Shown: one piece after another, positions 10,800 through 23,289 of the stretch
Layout of the letters: every line of letters starts with the position of its first letter
How positions within the stretch are numbered: the first letter of the stretch is position 1
Source of the DNA: Camelus ferus
Taxonomy: Eukaryota
Length of the DNA stretch: 64,000 nucleotides
NCBI RefSeq assembly: GCF_009834535.1
Contig: NC_045697.1
Location: 115,880,001-115,944,000 of the forward strand
Reading direction: 5' to 3'
Translations under genes and position numbers: made by a program
Notes under the pieces: model-generated
Database searches by the model: none
What the model was told of the DNA's origin: nothing
What the model saw: the letters and a program-made list of their open reading frames with translations, nothing else

Positions 10800-13700
10800 A
10801 CATCAGCAAGACAGCAGACCAGGAGACACTGGACCCTACTTTCCTCTGGAAATACACCAATTCAACAATTCACAGACAAATTCCCTTTGTGCAAAATCCA
10901 GAAACTAGTTGAAAGGTTCCTGCACACTGGGCAAGCTTGAAACCAAATACATCGAAGCTAGTACGGAAATTTAAGGCATCTTTTCACTATAATTGATACC
11001 CTCCCCAACACTCACCATACAATTATGAGGAAAACCCTAAGCCCCCAACGTCTCTGTGGGAAGGAAGAGAGTTGGTCTAAATGTCAAATACCCCAACCTC
11101 TCTCAGGGCTTCACAAGGACTGGCTTCTGTCTTGTCTATCTCAGAGAGGTGACAGGACTCAGCACAGTCTAGCCACCTGGGAAGGTAGTAAGAACAGAGA
11201 CAGAAGTACAGACTTACAGTTGCCACAATCCTTCCCCTCAGCTCAACACAGAGCAAGTGGTTGAAAAACCCCAGATCCCAGTTCCTTTCGACAGGGGAAA
11301 AGAGATTGACAGGGCATCAAGTGATTCAGCTTTTCTGGGAACTTCCCAAGGAAACACCTTCATTCTCGCTTGTCTCAGAGTCCTGGTGAGACCTGGCATA
11401 CTCAAGACAACTAGTGGCTACTAAGAACAAAGAAAGGAGTTGGACTAGCATGAAGATTTCAAAGGTCCCCAGACTCTCTGCTGGGCTGATTTTTCAGGGT
11501 CTTCTCTTGTATGAGACCAGTGTGAAGACTGTGAGAGGTGGCTGTTTTGTTGAATGTGTGGACACCAGAGAACCAAGGAAAAAAACAAGCAAATAGGAAA
11601 ATATGCTCCAAAAAAAAGGAAAATGATAAATTTCCAGAAACTGACTTACATGAAATGGAGTTATATAATTTACCATACAGAGAATTGAAAATAACTTTCA
11701 TAAAAGTGCTCACCAAGGTCAAGAAAGCAATGCATGAACAAAGGGAGATTTTGAACAAAAAGACAGAAGATATTAAAAATACCAAAGAGAAATCATAGAG
11801 TGGCTTCAGTAATAACTGAACAAAAAAATTCACTAGAGGTGTTCAACAACAAACTAGATCAAGCATAAGAAAGGTTCAATGAACTCAAAACAAGTTATTG
11901 GAAATTATTCAATTAGAAAAGCAAAAGAAAAAAGAGTGAAAAAGAGTGAAGAAAGCTTAAGGAACTTATGGGACAGCATACAGTATTCCAATATACACAT
12001 TATGAGAAAGCCAGAAGGAGAAGAGAGAGAGAAAAAAACAGAAAATTTACTCAAGGAAATAATGGCTGAAAACTTCCCAAACTTATGGAAGAAAATGAAC
12101 AACCAGATCCAGAAAGTCCAACAGGTCACAAAGAAACCAACATTTAGACACATCGTATAAAACTTTCAAAAGTCAGAGACAAAGAGTGAATTTTGAAAGC
12201 AGCAAGAGGAAAGTGATTTGTCACATACAAGTGAGCCCTGCAACAAGATGAGCAGTGATTTCAGTGGAAACTGTGACGGCCAGAAGGGAGTAAGACGAAA
12301 TACTCAAAAGGGCTAAAAAAAAAAAAAAAGCTACCAAACAAGAATATATGAATCTCATATCACAGCACTAAATCTACAAAGCAAACACTGACAGGAGTGA
12401 TGTGACAAGTGGTCAGCAATACAATAATAGTAGGAAGGAACTCGAATATTCCACTTTTACTAATGGATAGAACAATCAGACAGAAAATCAGCAAAGAAAC
12501 AGCAGGTGTGAACAGCACTATAGATGAAATGCCTAACAGATTTATACAGACAATTCCATCCAACAGCAGCAGAATACGCATTCTTCCTAATCACACAAAA
12601 AATTCTCCAGGATAGATCACAGGGTGATCAATGGCCACAAAGCAAGTCTTAACAAATTTTAAAAGATCGAAATCCTATCAACTATCTTTTATAACCAAAA
12701 TGGAATGAAGCTGCAAATCAACAGCAGAAGGAAATCTGAAAAATTTATAAGTATGTGGAAATTAAACAACACGCCCTTGCACAACCAATGAGTCAAAGAA
12801 GAAATCAAAGGAGAAATTAGAAAATATCTTGAGACAAATGAGAATACAACATATCAAAACTTATAGGATTCAGCAAAGGCAGTACTAACAGGGAAGTTTT
12901 TTAGAAATAAATGCCCTCATTAATAAAGAAAAATGATCTCAAATAAATAACCTAACCCTAATTTTATACCTCATATAACTACAATAGGAAAAAACTAAGC
13001 CCAAAATTAGTAGAAGGAAGGAAGTAATAAAGTTTAGAGCATAAATAATGAGATAGAGAATAAAAAAAAATCAATGAAAATAAGAGCTGGTTTACAAATA
13101 CTTAGTTAGACTAAGAAAAAAAGAACAAAGACTCAAATAAATAAAATCGTAAATGAAAAAAGAACACCGATACCACACAAAGTATCATGAGAAGCTACTA
13201 TGAGCAATTATACACCAACAGACTGGATAACCTAGAAACCATGGATAAATTCCTAGAAACCATACAACTTACCAAGTCTGAATCATGAAGAAATAGAAAG
13301 TCTGAACAGAACTATCACTTGTAAGAAGATTGAATCAGTAATCAAAACCTCCCAACAAGGAAAAAGCCCGTTACCAGATAGCCTCACTGGTGAATTCTAC
13401 CAAACATTTAAATAAGAATTAACTCCAGTCCTTCTAAAAATCTTCCCAAAAATTGAAGAGGAGGGAATCTTTCCCAACTCATTTTCTAAGGCCAGGTGTA
13501 CTCTGATACCAAAGCCAGATAAAACCACCAAAGGAAATTAACACTAGTGGCCAATATTCATGATGGATATAGATGCAAAAATCTTCAACAAAATAATAGC
13601 AAACCAAATTCAACAGCACATTAAAAGAATCCTATACAACCAAGTGGGATTCATCTCTATGATGCAAGGATGGTTTAATATGCAAAAATAATTAACATGA

Positions 13701-15455
13701 TTCAGCATATTAACAGGATAAAGGATAAAAATTACATATTCATCTCAATAAATGCAGAGAAATTGTTTGACAAAATTAAAACACTTGCATGATAAATACT
13801 CTCAGCAAATTGGGAATAGAATAAAATTCTCAACATAATAACATCATATATGAAAATTCCACAGTTAACATCATTCTCAAAGGTGAAAAACTAAAAGCTT
13901 TTCTTCTAAGATCAAGAACAATGCAAGTGTACTCATTCTCATCACCTCAATTCAATGTAGTACTACTCTTAGCCAGAGAAATTAGCCAAGAAAAAGAAAC
14001 AAAAGGCACCCAAATCAAAAGGAAGAAATATTTTATGTTTTGCAGAAAACATAATCTTATATATAAAAGCCATAAAGTCTTCATTTAAAAAATTATTAGA
14101 ACTAACAAAATTGCAGGATATAAAATTGACATGCAAAAATCAGATGTGTTTTTATACATTAATAATGAACTATTTGAAAAAGAAATTTAAAAAAATTTCA
14201 TTTACAATAGCATCAAAAAGAATAAAAACCTTACGCACAAATTTAACTAAGGAGGTGAAAAACATATACACTGAAAATTACAAAATATTGATGAAAGAAA
14301 TTAAAGACACAAACAAGTGGAACGACAGTCCATGTTCTTGAATGGGAAGACTTAATATTGTTAAAATGTCCATAAGTCCCTAAGCAATCTGCAAATTCAC
14401 TATATTTCATCTATGTCAAATTTTCTATGGCACTTTTTATAGAAATTTTTTTAAATCCTAAAATTCATATGGTACCATCACAAAAGACCCCAAACCAAAA
14501 TAGTCTTGAGCAAGAAGAACAAAGCCAGGGGCATCACACTTCCTATTTCAAAACACGTTACATAGTAAACAATCTCATGATTACCAGGGAAAGGAGGTGG
14601 GAAGGGATAAATTTGGGAGTTTGACATTTGCAAATGTTACCTACTATATACAAAAATAGATTTTAAAAAAAGTTTCTTCTGTATAGCACAGGGAACTATA
14701 TTCAATATCTTATAATAATTTTTAACTAAAAAGAATATGAAAATTAATATATGTACATATACACATGACTGGGACATTGTGCTATATACCAGAAATTGAC
14801 ACATTGTAACTGACTATACTTCAATTTAAAAAAACACATTGCAAATTTACAGTAATTAAAACAGTATGGTACTGGCATAAAGATAGACATATAAATCAAT
14901 GGAACAAAACAGAGAGCCAAGAAGTAGATCTAAATATGTAAAGTCAACTGATCTTAGACCAGGGAGCCAAATATACCCAATTGGTAAAGTATAGTTCCTT
15001 TTTCTTCAACAAATATTGATGGGAAAATTGAATGTCCACATGTGAAAGAATGAAGTTGAACCTTTATCTCACACCATGCAGAAAAATCAATTCAAAGTGG
15101 ATTCAAGACCCTAAACTATAAAACTCCTAGAAAAAAAAATGATAATTCATGACAAAATTCATGACATTGGCCTTGGCTGTGATTTCATGGATATGACACC
15201 AAAAGCTCAGATAACAAAAGCAAAAATAGACAAGTGGAACTCCACTAAACTAGAAAGCTTCTGCACACCAAAGGAAACAATCAACAGAGTAAAAATGTGT
15301 CTACAGAATAGGAGAAAGTATTTTTAAACAATAAATCTAGTAAGAGGTTAATCCTCAACATATATAAGAAACACTTTTAACTTAATAACAAAAAAACTAG
15401 TAACCTTATTTTTAAATGATCAAAGGAACTAAATAGATATTTTCCAAAGAAGATA
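10800..15455 (+). mobile_element. Decayed near-full-length LINE-1 (5'UTR, ORF1, ORF2), part 1
   Basis: ORF1 peptides (EESLRNLWDSIQYSNIHI..EGEERE..KEIMAENFPNL, 11879-12160); endonuclease peptide (NTIIVG..PLLLMDR..RQKISKET, 12409-12615); RT region about 13400-14400; many stops and frameshifts; deletion across the ORF1/ORF2 boundary near 12345. Confidence 0.93.
14563..14830 (+). mobile_element. Younger lineage-specific L1 3' end inserted in the older L1
   Basis: 3'UTR motif TATAGCACAGGGAACTATATTCAATATCTT; A tail; TSD AAAACACGTTACA / AAAACACATTGCA. Confidence 0.88.
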
Positions 15456-15649
15456 TTTTTTCAGAAAACTTTGTGCAAGTTGTTTTACTTATAATGCTAA
15501 CTTTTAAGAATCCTTAAAGTTAATTAGACAATAAACTAGGCAGAAATTACTTTAGAAAAGAGGGGAAGTCCAAACTACCACTTTCTATAGAGAATTCACA
15601 GTTCAATTTTACTCAGAACAAAGAAAAAAGAAACACTTTCTGCATGTTA

Positions 15650-16631
15650 AATTTATTTATTTACTACTTTTCTGCATATTTAGGTTTTATTTGTTTGTGT
15701 GTTGATTTCTATTCAACTTAAACTAAAAATATAAATGAAAACCGTTTACCCATTTCTCTTACACTTCAATGCCTAGCCTCTGGCAAAAGCAACCATCTTT
15801 TCTTCATATCTTTGCATTTGATATATATTTTTTAATTCCACATATAAAAGAGATCATACAGACAGAGAAGGAAAGTATTTTTCTTTCTCTGTCTGACGTA
15901 TTTCACTTAGCATAATGCCTTCAATGTTCATATCGTCTCATGATCTTTGGTATTTCTCTGCTATCAGTTGTAACATCTTCTCTTTCATTTCTGATTTTAT
16001 TTATTTGAGTCTTCTTTTTTGATGAGTTTAACTAAAGATTTGTCAATTTTGTTTATCTTTTCAAATATCCAGCCCTTGAAGCTACTAATCTTTTCTATTG
16101 TTTGTCAGTCTCTTTTTCATTTATTACTGCTATGATTTTTGGTATTTATTCCTTTCTGCTAACTCTGGGTTTTTGGGTTTTTGGTTTTTTTTTTTTTAGT
16201 TCTTTAAGTTGTAAATTAGGTTGTTAACTTGTTTCTTGATGTAGGCCTTTATTGCTGTGAACTTCCCTCTTAGAAGTGCTTTTACTAAATCTCATAAATT
16301 TTGTTATGTTACAGTTCTGTGTTCATTTTTCTTAAGATACTTTTCATTTCTCTTCTGATTTCTTCTTGGATCCATTTGTTATTCAATGGCACATTGCTTA
16401 ATCTCCACATAGTTTTCTTTGTGAAATTAATTTCTAATTTTATACCATTGTGGTCAGAAAAGATGCTGGATATAATTTCAATATCTTAAATTTATTAAGA
16501 CTTGTTTTGTGGCCTAACAACATGATTTGGAAATGTCCCTGTGTATTTGAAAAGAATGTGTATTCTCTTGTCTTTGAATGGAATTTTCTGTAAATATATG
16601 TTAAGCCTGTCTGGTCTAATGTGTCATTCAC
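15650..16631 (-). mobile_element. Internally deleted L1 (endonuclease region joined to 3'UTR)
   Basis: Minus-strand peptide NDTLDQ..LTYIYRKFH..REYTFFS (L1 endonuclease); 3'UTR motif TTTCACTTAGCATAATGCC near 15902; junction near 15932. Confidence 0.8.
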
Positions 16632-16901
16632 CTTTTGATTAAAAGAAACTTTTGATTACACTAGAAGAAACTCAGCCATAGGCTTCAAATCTATGCTCAA
16701 ACTACACACTCGGTGAGGACAATATTCTGCTAAGACAATTGATTTGCTGCTTCATTTGCCTACTATTTGTTTAATATCAACCATTATAAACAGAACAGGG
16801 CAAGCAGTACTTGGAACAACCCTTCGAATGTTACAGGGTCAGACACAACATTTAACTTCTCTTCACACAACTAGTTCTCTCTGCATACTGGGCTTCAGGT
16901 A

Positions 16902-17650
16902 CCTACAAACGGCCAACAGGTACACGAAAAAGTGCTCAACACCACTAATCATCAGGAAACGCAAATCAAAATCACAGTGAAAGACCTCACACTTGTTAGG
17001 ATGACTTTTAGCAAAAAATCAAGAGATAGCAAGTGTTAGAAATGACTTGGAGAAACTGGAACACTTGTACACTGTTGTTGAGAATATAATCAGTACAGTC
17101 ATTATGAAAAACAACATGGAGTTTCCTCAAACAGTAGAAACAAAACTACCGTAAGCTCCAGGAATCTCCCTTCTTTATCCAAAAGAATTGAAATCAAGAT
17201 CTGTAAGGGACATTAGCATTCCTATGTTCATTGCAGCGCCACTGACAAAGGTTCACAACAGCCACCATATGACGTAAATGTATACTGATCGATGAATGGG
17301 TATAGAACATCCGTGCACACACACGCAGACGTGCACACACACAAAGGAATAATATTCAGTCTTCAAAAAAGAGAGTCTGCCACATGCAACAACATAGATG
17401 AACCTTGAGGACGTTATGCAACATGAAACATGCCAGTCCTAGAAAGACAAACACTGCATGATTCCACTTATATGAGGCACTAAAATAGTCAAACACAAAG
17501 AATTAGAGAGTAGAATGGCCAAGGGCTGAGGTCAAGGGGGTGGGGAGAATTGCTAGTCAAGGAGCAAGAAGTTTCAGTTACACAAGATGAACGAGTTCCA
17601 GTGATCTGCTGTACAACATAGCCCTTATGGTGAACAGTGTTGTGCCGTAG
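16902..17650 (+). mobile_element. LINE-1 part 2 (ORF2 C-terminus and 3'UTR, L1MA/MB-like), continuing 10800-15455
   Basis: Resumes at TACAAACGGCCAACAGG, the expected continuation of CCAAAGAAGA at 15444-15453. Confidence 0.85.
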
Positions 17651-17736
17651 GTCTTTTTCTTAGAAAATTCTTCGCTAAATATGTAGGAATACAGGAGCTA
17701 TTGTCTGCAACCTAATGCCAAATGATTCAGGAAATA

Positions 17737-17946
17737 CAGTTGACCCCTGAACAATGCAAGGGATAGGCGCGCCCACCCCTGCACTATAGAAAATCTGCAT
17801 ATGAATTTACAGTTGTTTCTCTGTACCTGAGGTTCCACATCCACGAATTCAACCAACCATGGATCATGTAGTATGTATTTATTGAAAAACAATTGTGTCT
17901 AAGTGAGCCCACACAATTCAAGGCCGTGTTGTCCAGGAATCAACTA
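17737..17946. mobile_element. Tigger2-type (TcMar) MITE
   Basis: Terminal inverted repeats CAGTTGACCCCTGAACAA / TTGTCCAGGAATCAACTA, flanked by TA on both sides. Confidence 0.88.
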
Positions 17947-18719
17947 TAATTATAATAATGTAGATATGTGTGTGTGTGTGTGTATATGTGTGGGGAAGGA
18001 AAGAAGTAAGGTAAAATACTAACATTTGGTGATACTAGGTGAGGAATATTTAAGAGTTCATAGCATTCTTTTTTCTGAATGTTCAAAGTCATTTCAAAAT
18101 TTTTGAAACGTGTGTACGGAAAACAGTATGATGTGAATATCAAATTAGTGATACAGAGGTTCCTTTAGATGTCATAGAACTAAGGTGGACGGGGTAGGCA
18201 CAATATAGGACATGGAACATAAGGCGGGCTGTGAATTTTGGAAAATTTTCAAGAAAGCAATGAGAAACAGAGGAAAGTGGCCTTCACAAAAGGGACAGTC
18301 AGGAATGTTCACAGTATTTTAAAAGATGATGCGTACAGTGGTGTGAGTAACAAATAAATATGGAGAATGAATGAAATGACTTGACTGTGTGTGAAAAGTA
18401 ATAACTGAAATATCACTCCATGGAGCAGCGAATTGCCAGTACTTAAAAAAAACAATGCTACAAATACTCATATTACCACATATACGTGTTTGTGGACTTC
18501 TGTTCAACCAAATGCTTGGGCACCTGCCTGTATCCAAGTGTCTTTTTGTTGCACTGTTTTCTGCTCTAAGACTTGAACTTGTGAGGCTGAAATTCAAGAT
18601 TTCTTGGGGAAGGTTAAAGGGATATATTCCAGCCAAATTTTACTGGCTTTCGGTTGCCATGATAAACAATTTGGTCTCCTATGGATGTTAAGATGTCATG
18701 ATCAAATGGTGATCAAAGT

Positions 18720-18930
18720 AACAAGCTAGGACATTTGAGTGTAGTCAGACCTGAGTGTGACTCTTGACAGAGGCACTCACCAGGTCTGTGACCTCTGGCA
18801 ATTTTGCAACTTCCTAGCTTCAGTTTTTCCTCTTAAAATGATCAAAACAATATAGGTTCCCTTCAGTAAGCTTATTTGAGAATGGTGGGGACCAGAGGCC
18901 TGGCCCATAGAAGGAACTCCATATTGTTAT
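18720..18930 (+). mobile_element. MIR relic
   Basis: CTGTGACCT...CTTCAGTTTTTCCTCTTAAAATGA core-like motif. Confidence 0.55.
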
Positions 18931-19126
18931 TAGAGTCTTTATAATTCAAAGAGCATCCAATAAATATTTCTTTAAACCAGAAACAGGCAAATCATGATAA
19001 CTACACTTGACCTACGTTGCTATGACCGTAGACACTGGAGAAAAAGAAAAAGGGGGAGGGGGTGGGGAGGGGAGGAGAAGGAGGAAGAGGAGGATGAGAA
19101 GGAGGGAAACATTAAAACTCTCCATA

Positions 19127-19390
19127 CTTATGGTTACTGGGGGGAAGGGGGTGGGAAAGGATAAATTGGGGGTTTGAGATTTGTATATACTAACCACTAT
19201 ATATAAAATAGATTTAAAAAATCTGTTTTATGTATTACAGGGAACTATATTCAATATCTCATAGCGACCTATAGTGAAAAAGAATATAAAAACAAAAATC
19301 TCTATGTATATGTACGACTGAAACACTGTGCTGTACACCAGAAATTGACACCACATTGTAATTGACTATATACTTCAATTTAAAAAAAAA
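19127..19390 (+). mobile_element. Lineage-specific L1 3' end
   Basis: Same 3'UTR family as 14563-14830; A tail; imperfect TSD TAAAACTCTCCATA / AAAAAGTCTGCATA. Confidence 0.88.
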
Positions 19391-22300
19391 TAAAAAGTCT
19401 GCATAGTTTTTGCTCATTTTCAGGAAAGCAGAATTTTGAATGAAAAATTCATTCCGAAGTAAGGTCAGAAAATTGTTAATCTTTAGCCTCCCTTAGCTGT
19501 CTTCAGACTCGATACAAATCAAGAAAAACCCATCATGACTGATAACGGTTGTAACAATATAGCTCAATCTGTGATCATGTAGTTTTAGGTAAACGTATCC
19601 TCCTCGTGGAAGACATTATCAGCCATTACTCCCACTCCGTACAGCCTCTCCACAGATCGTCCTAGCACTAGAATTTCAAAGGAAAGAGACTTGATTAAAA
19701 TACCTCTCCGGGCAAGGTGTCGCTGAATTAGAATGAGGTGGAAAGGAAGGAGATGCAGGTGTGGGTTGTAGTCGATGAGTTAAGAAGCAGTTGCGAAATA
19801 CATTTTTAGCTCAGAATTGAGATTCTGTCTCAGAAACTTGTCCCCAGAACTGGGTTGGTTTTTTTTTTTTCTTCTGTAGAGATATTCCACATCGAAATTA
19901 TCATAAAGTAGGGGGGAAAAAAAGATTGAAAAGCATCCAAATAGAAATTGCTTACAAATAATTGAAATACTGTGTGAAATCCCTGTTTAATCTTCCAAAC
20001 AGATTTGAGGAATCACTGTCTTAGCCATTTTCCACAGCTGTTCAAAACGCCCCACAGCTTCCCGTGCGCTGCCAGGCAGAATTGAATGAGTTGTCACTTC
20101 CTAGTAAGAAGCAGAAGGTTTGGGTGATGTAGGTCAGAAAACAACTCATGTATAAACTACTTAGAGCTTATTTGCCAGGTTCTAGGGACCTTCTTGAGTT
20201 TCCCTTGGTAGATTTGTGTTTGTTTAATTGATTAGTGAAGGTTTATTTTGAACGGGGGAAAAAAAAGCATTGAGCTAGTGAACATCTTCACAGTAGCCTT
20301 GCAGCAAAGCTGCTCGGCAGTTTACACAAGATGAAGATTCTCACACCAAGTGAGACCTTTGAATCCTGGAATATCCCTGAAGTGGAGAGAAGTCATCACC
20401 ACCATCACATCACAGAAGAAATTAGTCTTCCAGGGACTACGTTATCACTGCAGCGTGCCCTGCCCGCACCAAAGCTCCTTTCTAAGAACCATCAAGTCTA
20501 AACTATTTTTCTCCAACTTCTTTCACTTCATTCTCCCACTCAAAATGTTTTTTTTTAATTTCTCTGTATATTTTCCTTTCATCTACCAAGTTTCTTTTCC
20601 TCCATAAGGGCTCTTCTCATTAAAAATCTCCCCTCCTTGTTGTCTAAAGGACAGGCTACTAGTAGCTACATTGTTTTTAACCCATAAATTACTCAACCAT
20701 TAAACATATTATTTTTTATCGAAGTATAGTCGATGTACAATATTATCTTCATTTCAGGGGTACGACATTGTGAGTCAACATTTAAATATATTATGAAATG
20801 ATCACCAGGATAAGTCTAGTGACCATCGGACCCCATGCAAAGTTGTAGCAGTATTATTGACCATATTCTTTATGCTGGGTATTACATCCTTGTGACTTAA
20901 TTTTGTAACTAGAAGTTTGTACCTCTTAAATCCCTTCACCTATTTCACTCCACCCCACAGCCCTCCTTTTGGGCAAGCACCAGTTTGTTCTCTGTATCTA
21001 CCAGTCTACTTTCTTTTCCTTTTGTTGGTTCATTTGTTTTGTTTTATTGATTCCACATTAAATGAGATTATATGGTATTTGACTTTCCCTGAATGGCTTA
21101 TTTCTTATTTAGCATAATACCCTCTAGATCAATCCACTTGTTGTTGCAAATGGCAAGATTTCATTCTTTTTTATGGCTGAGACATCTAATTTGTCTGTCT
21201 ATCGATGGACACAGGTTGCTTCCATATCTTGGCTATTGTAAATGATGCTGCAATGAACATAGGGGTCCATATGTCTTTTCAAATTAGTGTTTTTGTTTTC
21301 TCTGGGTAAATATACAAAAGTGGAATTGCTGGATTCAATTTTTTGAGGAACCTCCATACTGTTTTCCACAGTGGCTGCACCAATTTACATTCCCACTAAC
21401 AGTGCCGTTACTTACCAGTTCCCTTAACTTCAGGTCTTTGTGAACACTTGTTATTTGTTGCCATTTTGAGAACAGTCATTCTGATAGGTGTGAGTAAATG
21501 TTTCATCATGGTTTTGATTTGCATTTCCCTGATCACTAGTGATTTGAACATCTTTTCACGTGTCTGTTGGCCATCTGTATGTCTTCTTTGGAAAAATGTC
21601 TGTTCAGGTCCTCTGCCCATTTTTTAAATGGATTGTTTGGGTTCCTTTGTTCAATGTTTTGAAATTAAGTTGTATGAGTTCTTTATACATTTTGGATATC
21701 AATCTCGTATTGGACATATCATTCACTAATATCTTCTCCATTCATTATGTTGCCTTTTCATTTTGTTGATGGTTTCCTTTGCTGTGCAAAGGCTTTTGCA
21801 TTTGATATAGTCTCATTTGTTTATTTTTCTTTTGTTTCCTTTGCCTCAGGAGACAGAACTGAAAAAATGATTCCTAAAACTCATGTCAAAGGGCGCACTG
21901 TCTATGTTTTCTTCTAGGAGTTTTATGGTTTTAGGTCTTACATTGAAGTCTGTAATCTATTTTGAGTTTTTCTTGTATATGGTGTAAGAAAGTGGTCCAA
22001 TATGATTCCTTTGCATTTAGTTGTCCAGTTTTCCCAACACCATTTATTGAAGAAGTTGTCTTCTCCCCATTTCCTTCCTTTGTTGTAGATTAATTGCCCT
22101 TGTAAGTGTAGGTTCATTTCTGGGATCTCTATCCAGTTCCATTGATCTCTCTGTCTGTTTTTGTGCCAGTACCGTAGTGTTTTAATTACTGTAGCTTTGT
22201 AGTACAGCTTGAAATCAGGGAGCCTGACATGGTAATAGAGGAAGAATGGAACTAACATTACTTTGAAATTGCCTCCTTCATTCTTTATATTATGTATTCT

Positions 22301-22491
22301 ATTACTTTAGCCCTGCACATCAAGAATTAAATGTTCAAGAAGTGTTGTTTGTGCCCAAATAACTCATTAAGTTCCCTCTTAAAAAGTTCTCATCCCACAG
22401 TTTCAAGTTAGTTATCACTATTACTTGTTGTAGATAAGTTCACTTTCAGCCTAGAAACCTTGCAAATAAGCAGAGAGAAGAGTGATAAAAC

Positions 22492-22610
22492 GGGGTGAGG
22501 GTATAGCTCAGTGGTAGAATACATGCTTAGCATCCATGATGTCCTGGGTTCAATCCCCAGTACCTCCAGTAGATAAATAAACCTAATTACCTCCCCACTC
22601 CAAAAAAAAA
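22492..22610 (+). mobile_element. tRNA-derived camelid SINE (Vic-1/VicSINE-like)
   Basis: A box TAGCTCAGTGG; B box GGTTCAATCCC; A tail; TSD AAGAGTGATAAAA. Confidence 0.93.
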
Positions 22611-22635
22611 AAGAGTGATAAAATAAAAATAATTA

Positions 22636-23289
22636 AGAATCCCACTCCTAGGCATATATCTAGAGAAAACTCTAACTCTAAAAGATATATGCACCTCACT
22701 GTTCATATCAGCACTGTTTACAATAGTCAAAACAAGGAAACAGCATAAATGTCCATCAACAGATGACTGGATAAAGAAGTTGTGGTATATTTATACAATG
22801 GAATATTACTCAGCCATAAAAAATAATAAAATAATGCCATTTGCAGCAACATGCATGGACCTGGAGACTGTCATTCTAAGTGAAGTAAGCCAGAAAGAGA
22901 AAGAAAAATACCATATAATATTATTTATATGTAGAATCTAAGGGAAAAAAGACATAATTGAACTTATTTACAAAACAGAAGCAGACTCACAGACATAGAA
23001 AACAAACGTATGGTTACCAGGGGATAAAAGGGATGCGAAGGGATAAACTGTGAGTTTGGGATTTGCAGATGCTAACTACTATATATAAAATAGATAAACA
23101 ACAAGGTCCTACTGTACAGCACAGGGAACTGTATTCAATATCTTGTAGTAACCTATAATGAAAAAGAATCTATGTATGTATACATATGACTGAAACATTA
23201 TACTGTATACCAGAAGTTGACACAACATTGTAAACTGACTATGCCTTAATTAAAATTAAAAAAAAAACCTTTAGAACTGAAAAAAAAAA
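22636..23289 (+). mobile_element. Lineage-specific L1 3' fragment
   Basis: ORF2 end and 3'UTR; double A tail; about 25-bp TSD at 22611-22635 and 23290-23314. Confidence 0.92.

Noticed and set aside
11538..15327. ORFs with recognisable protein similarity
   Set aside because: Fragments of L1 ORF1/ORF2 broken by stops, frameshifts and deletions; neither an active element nor a host gene.
22492..22567. tRNA-like sequence (also at 32953, 39181, 39966, 44880 and 59818)
   Set aside because: Each copy has an A-rich tail and divergent substitutions, and most have clear TSDs. They are SINEs, not tRNA genes.
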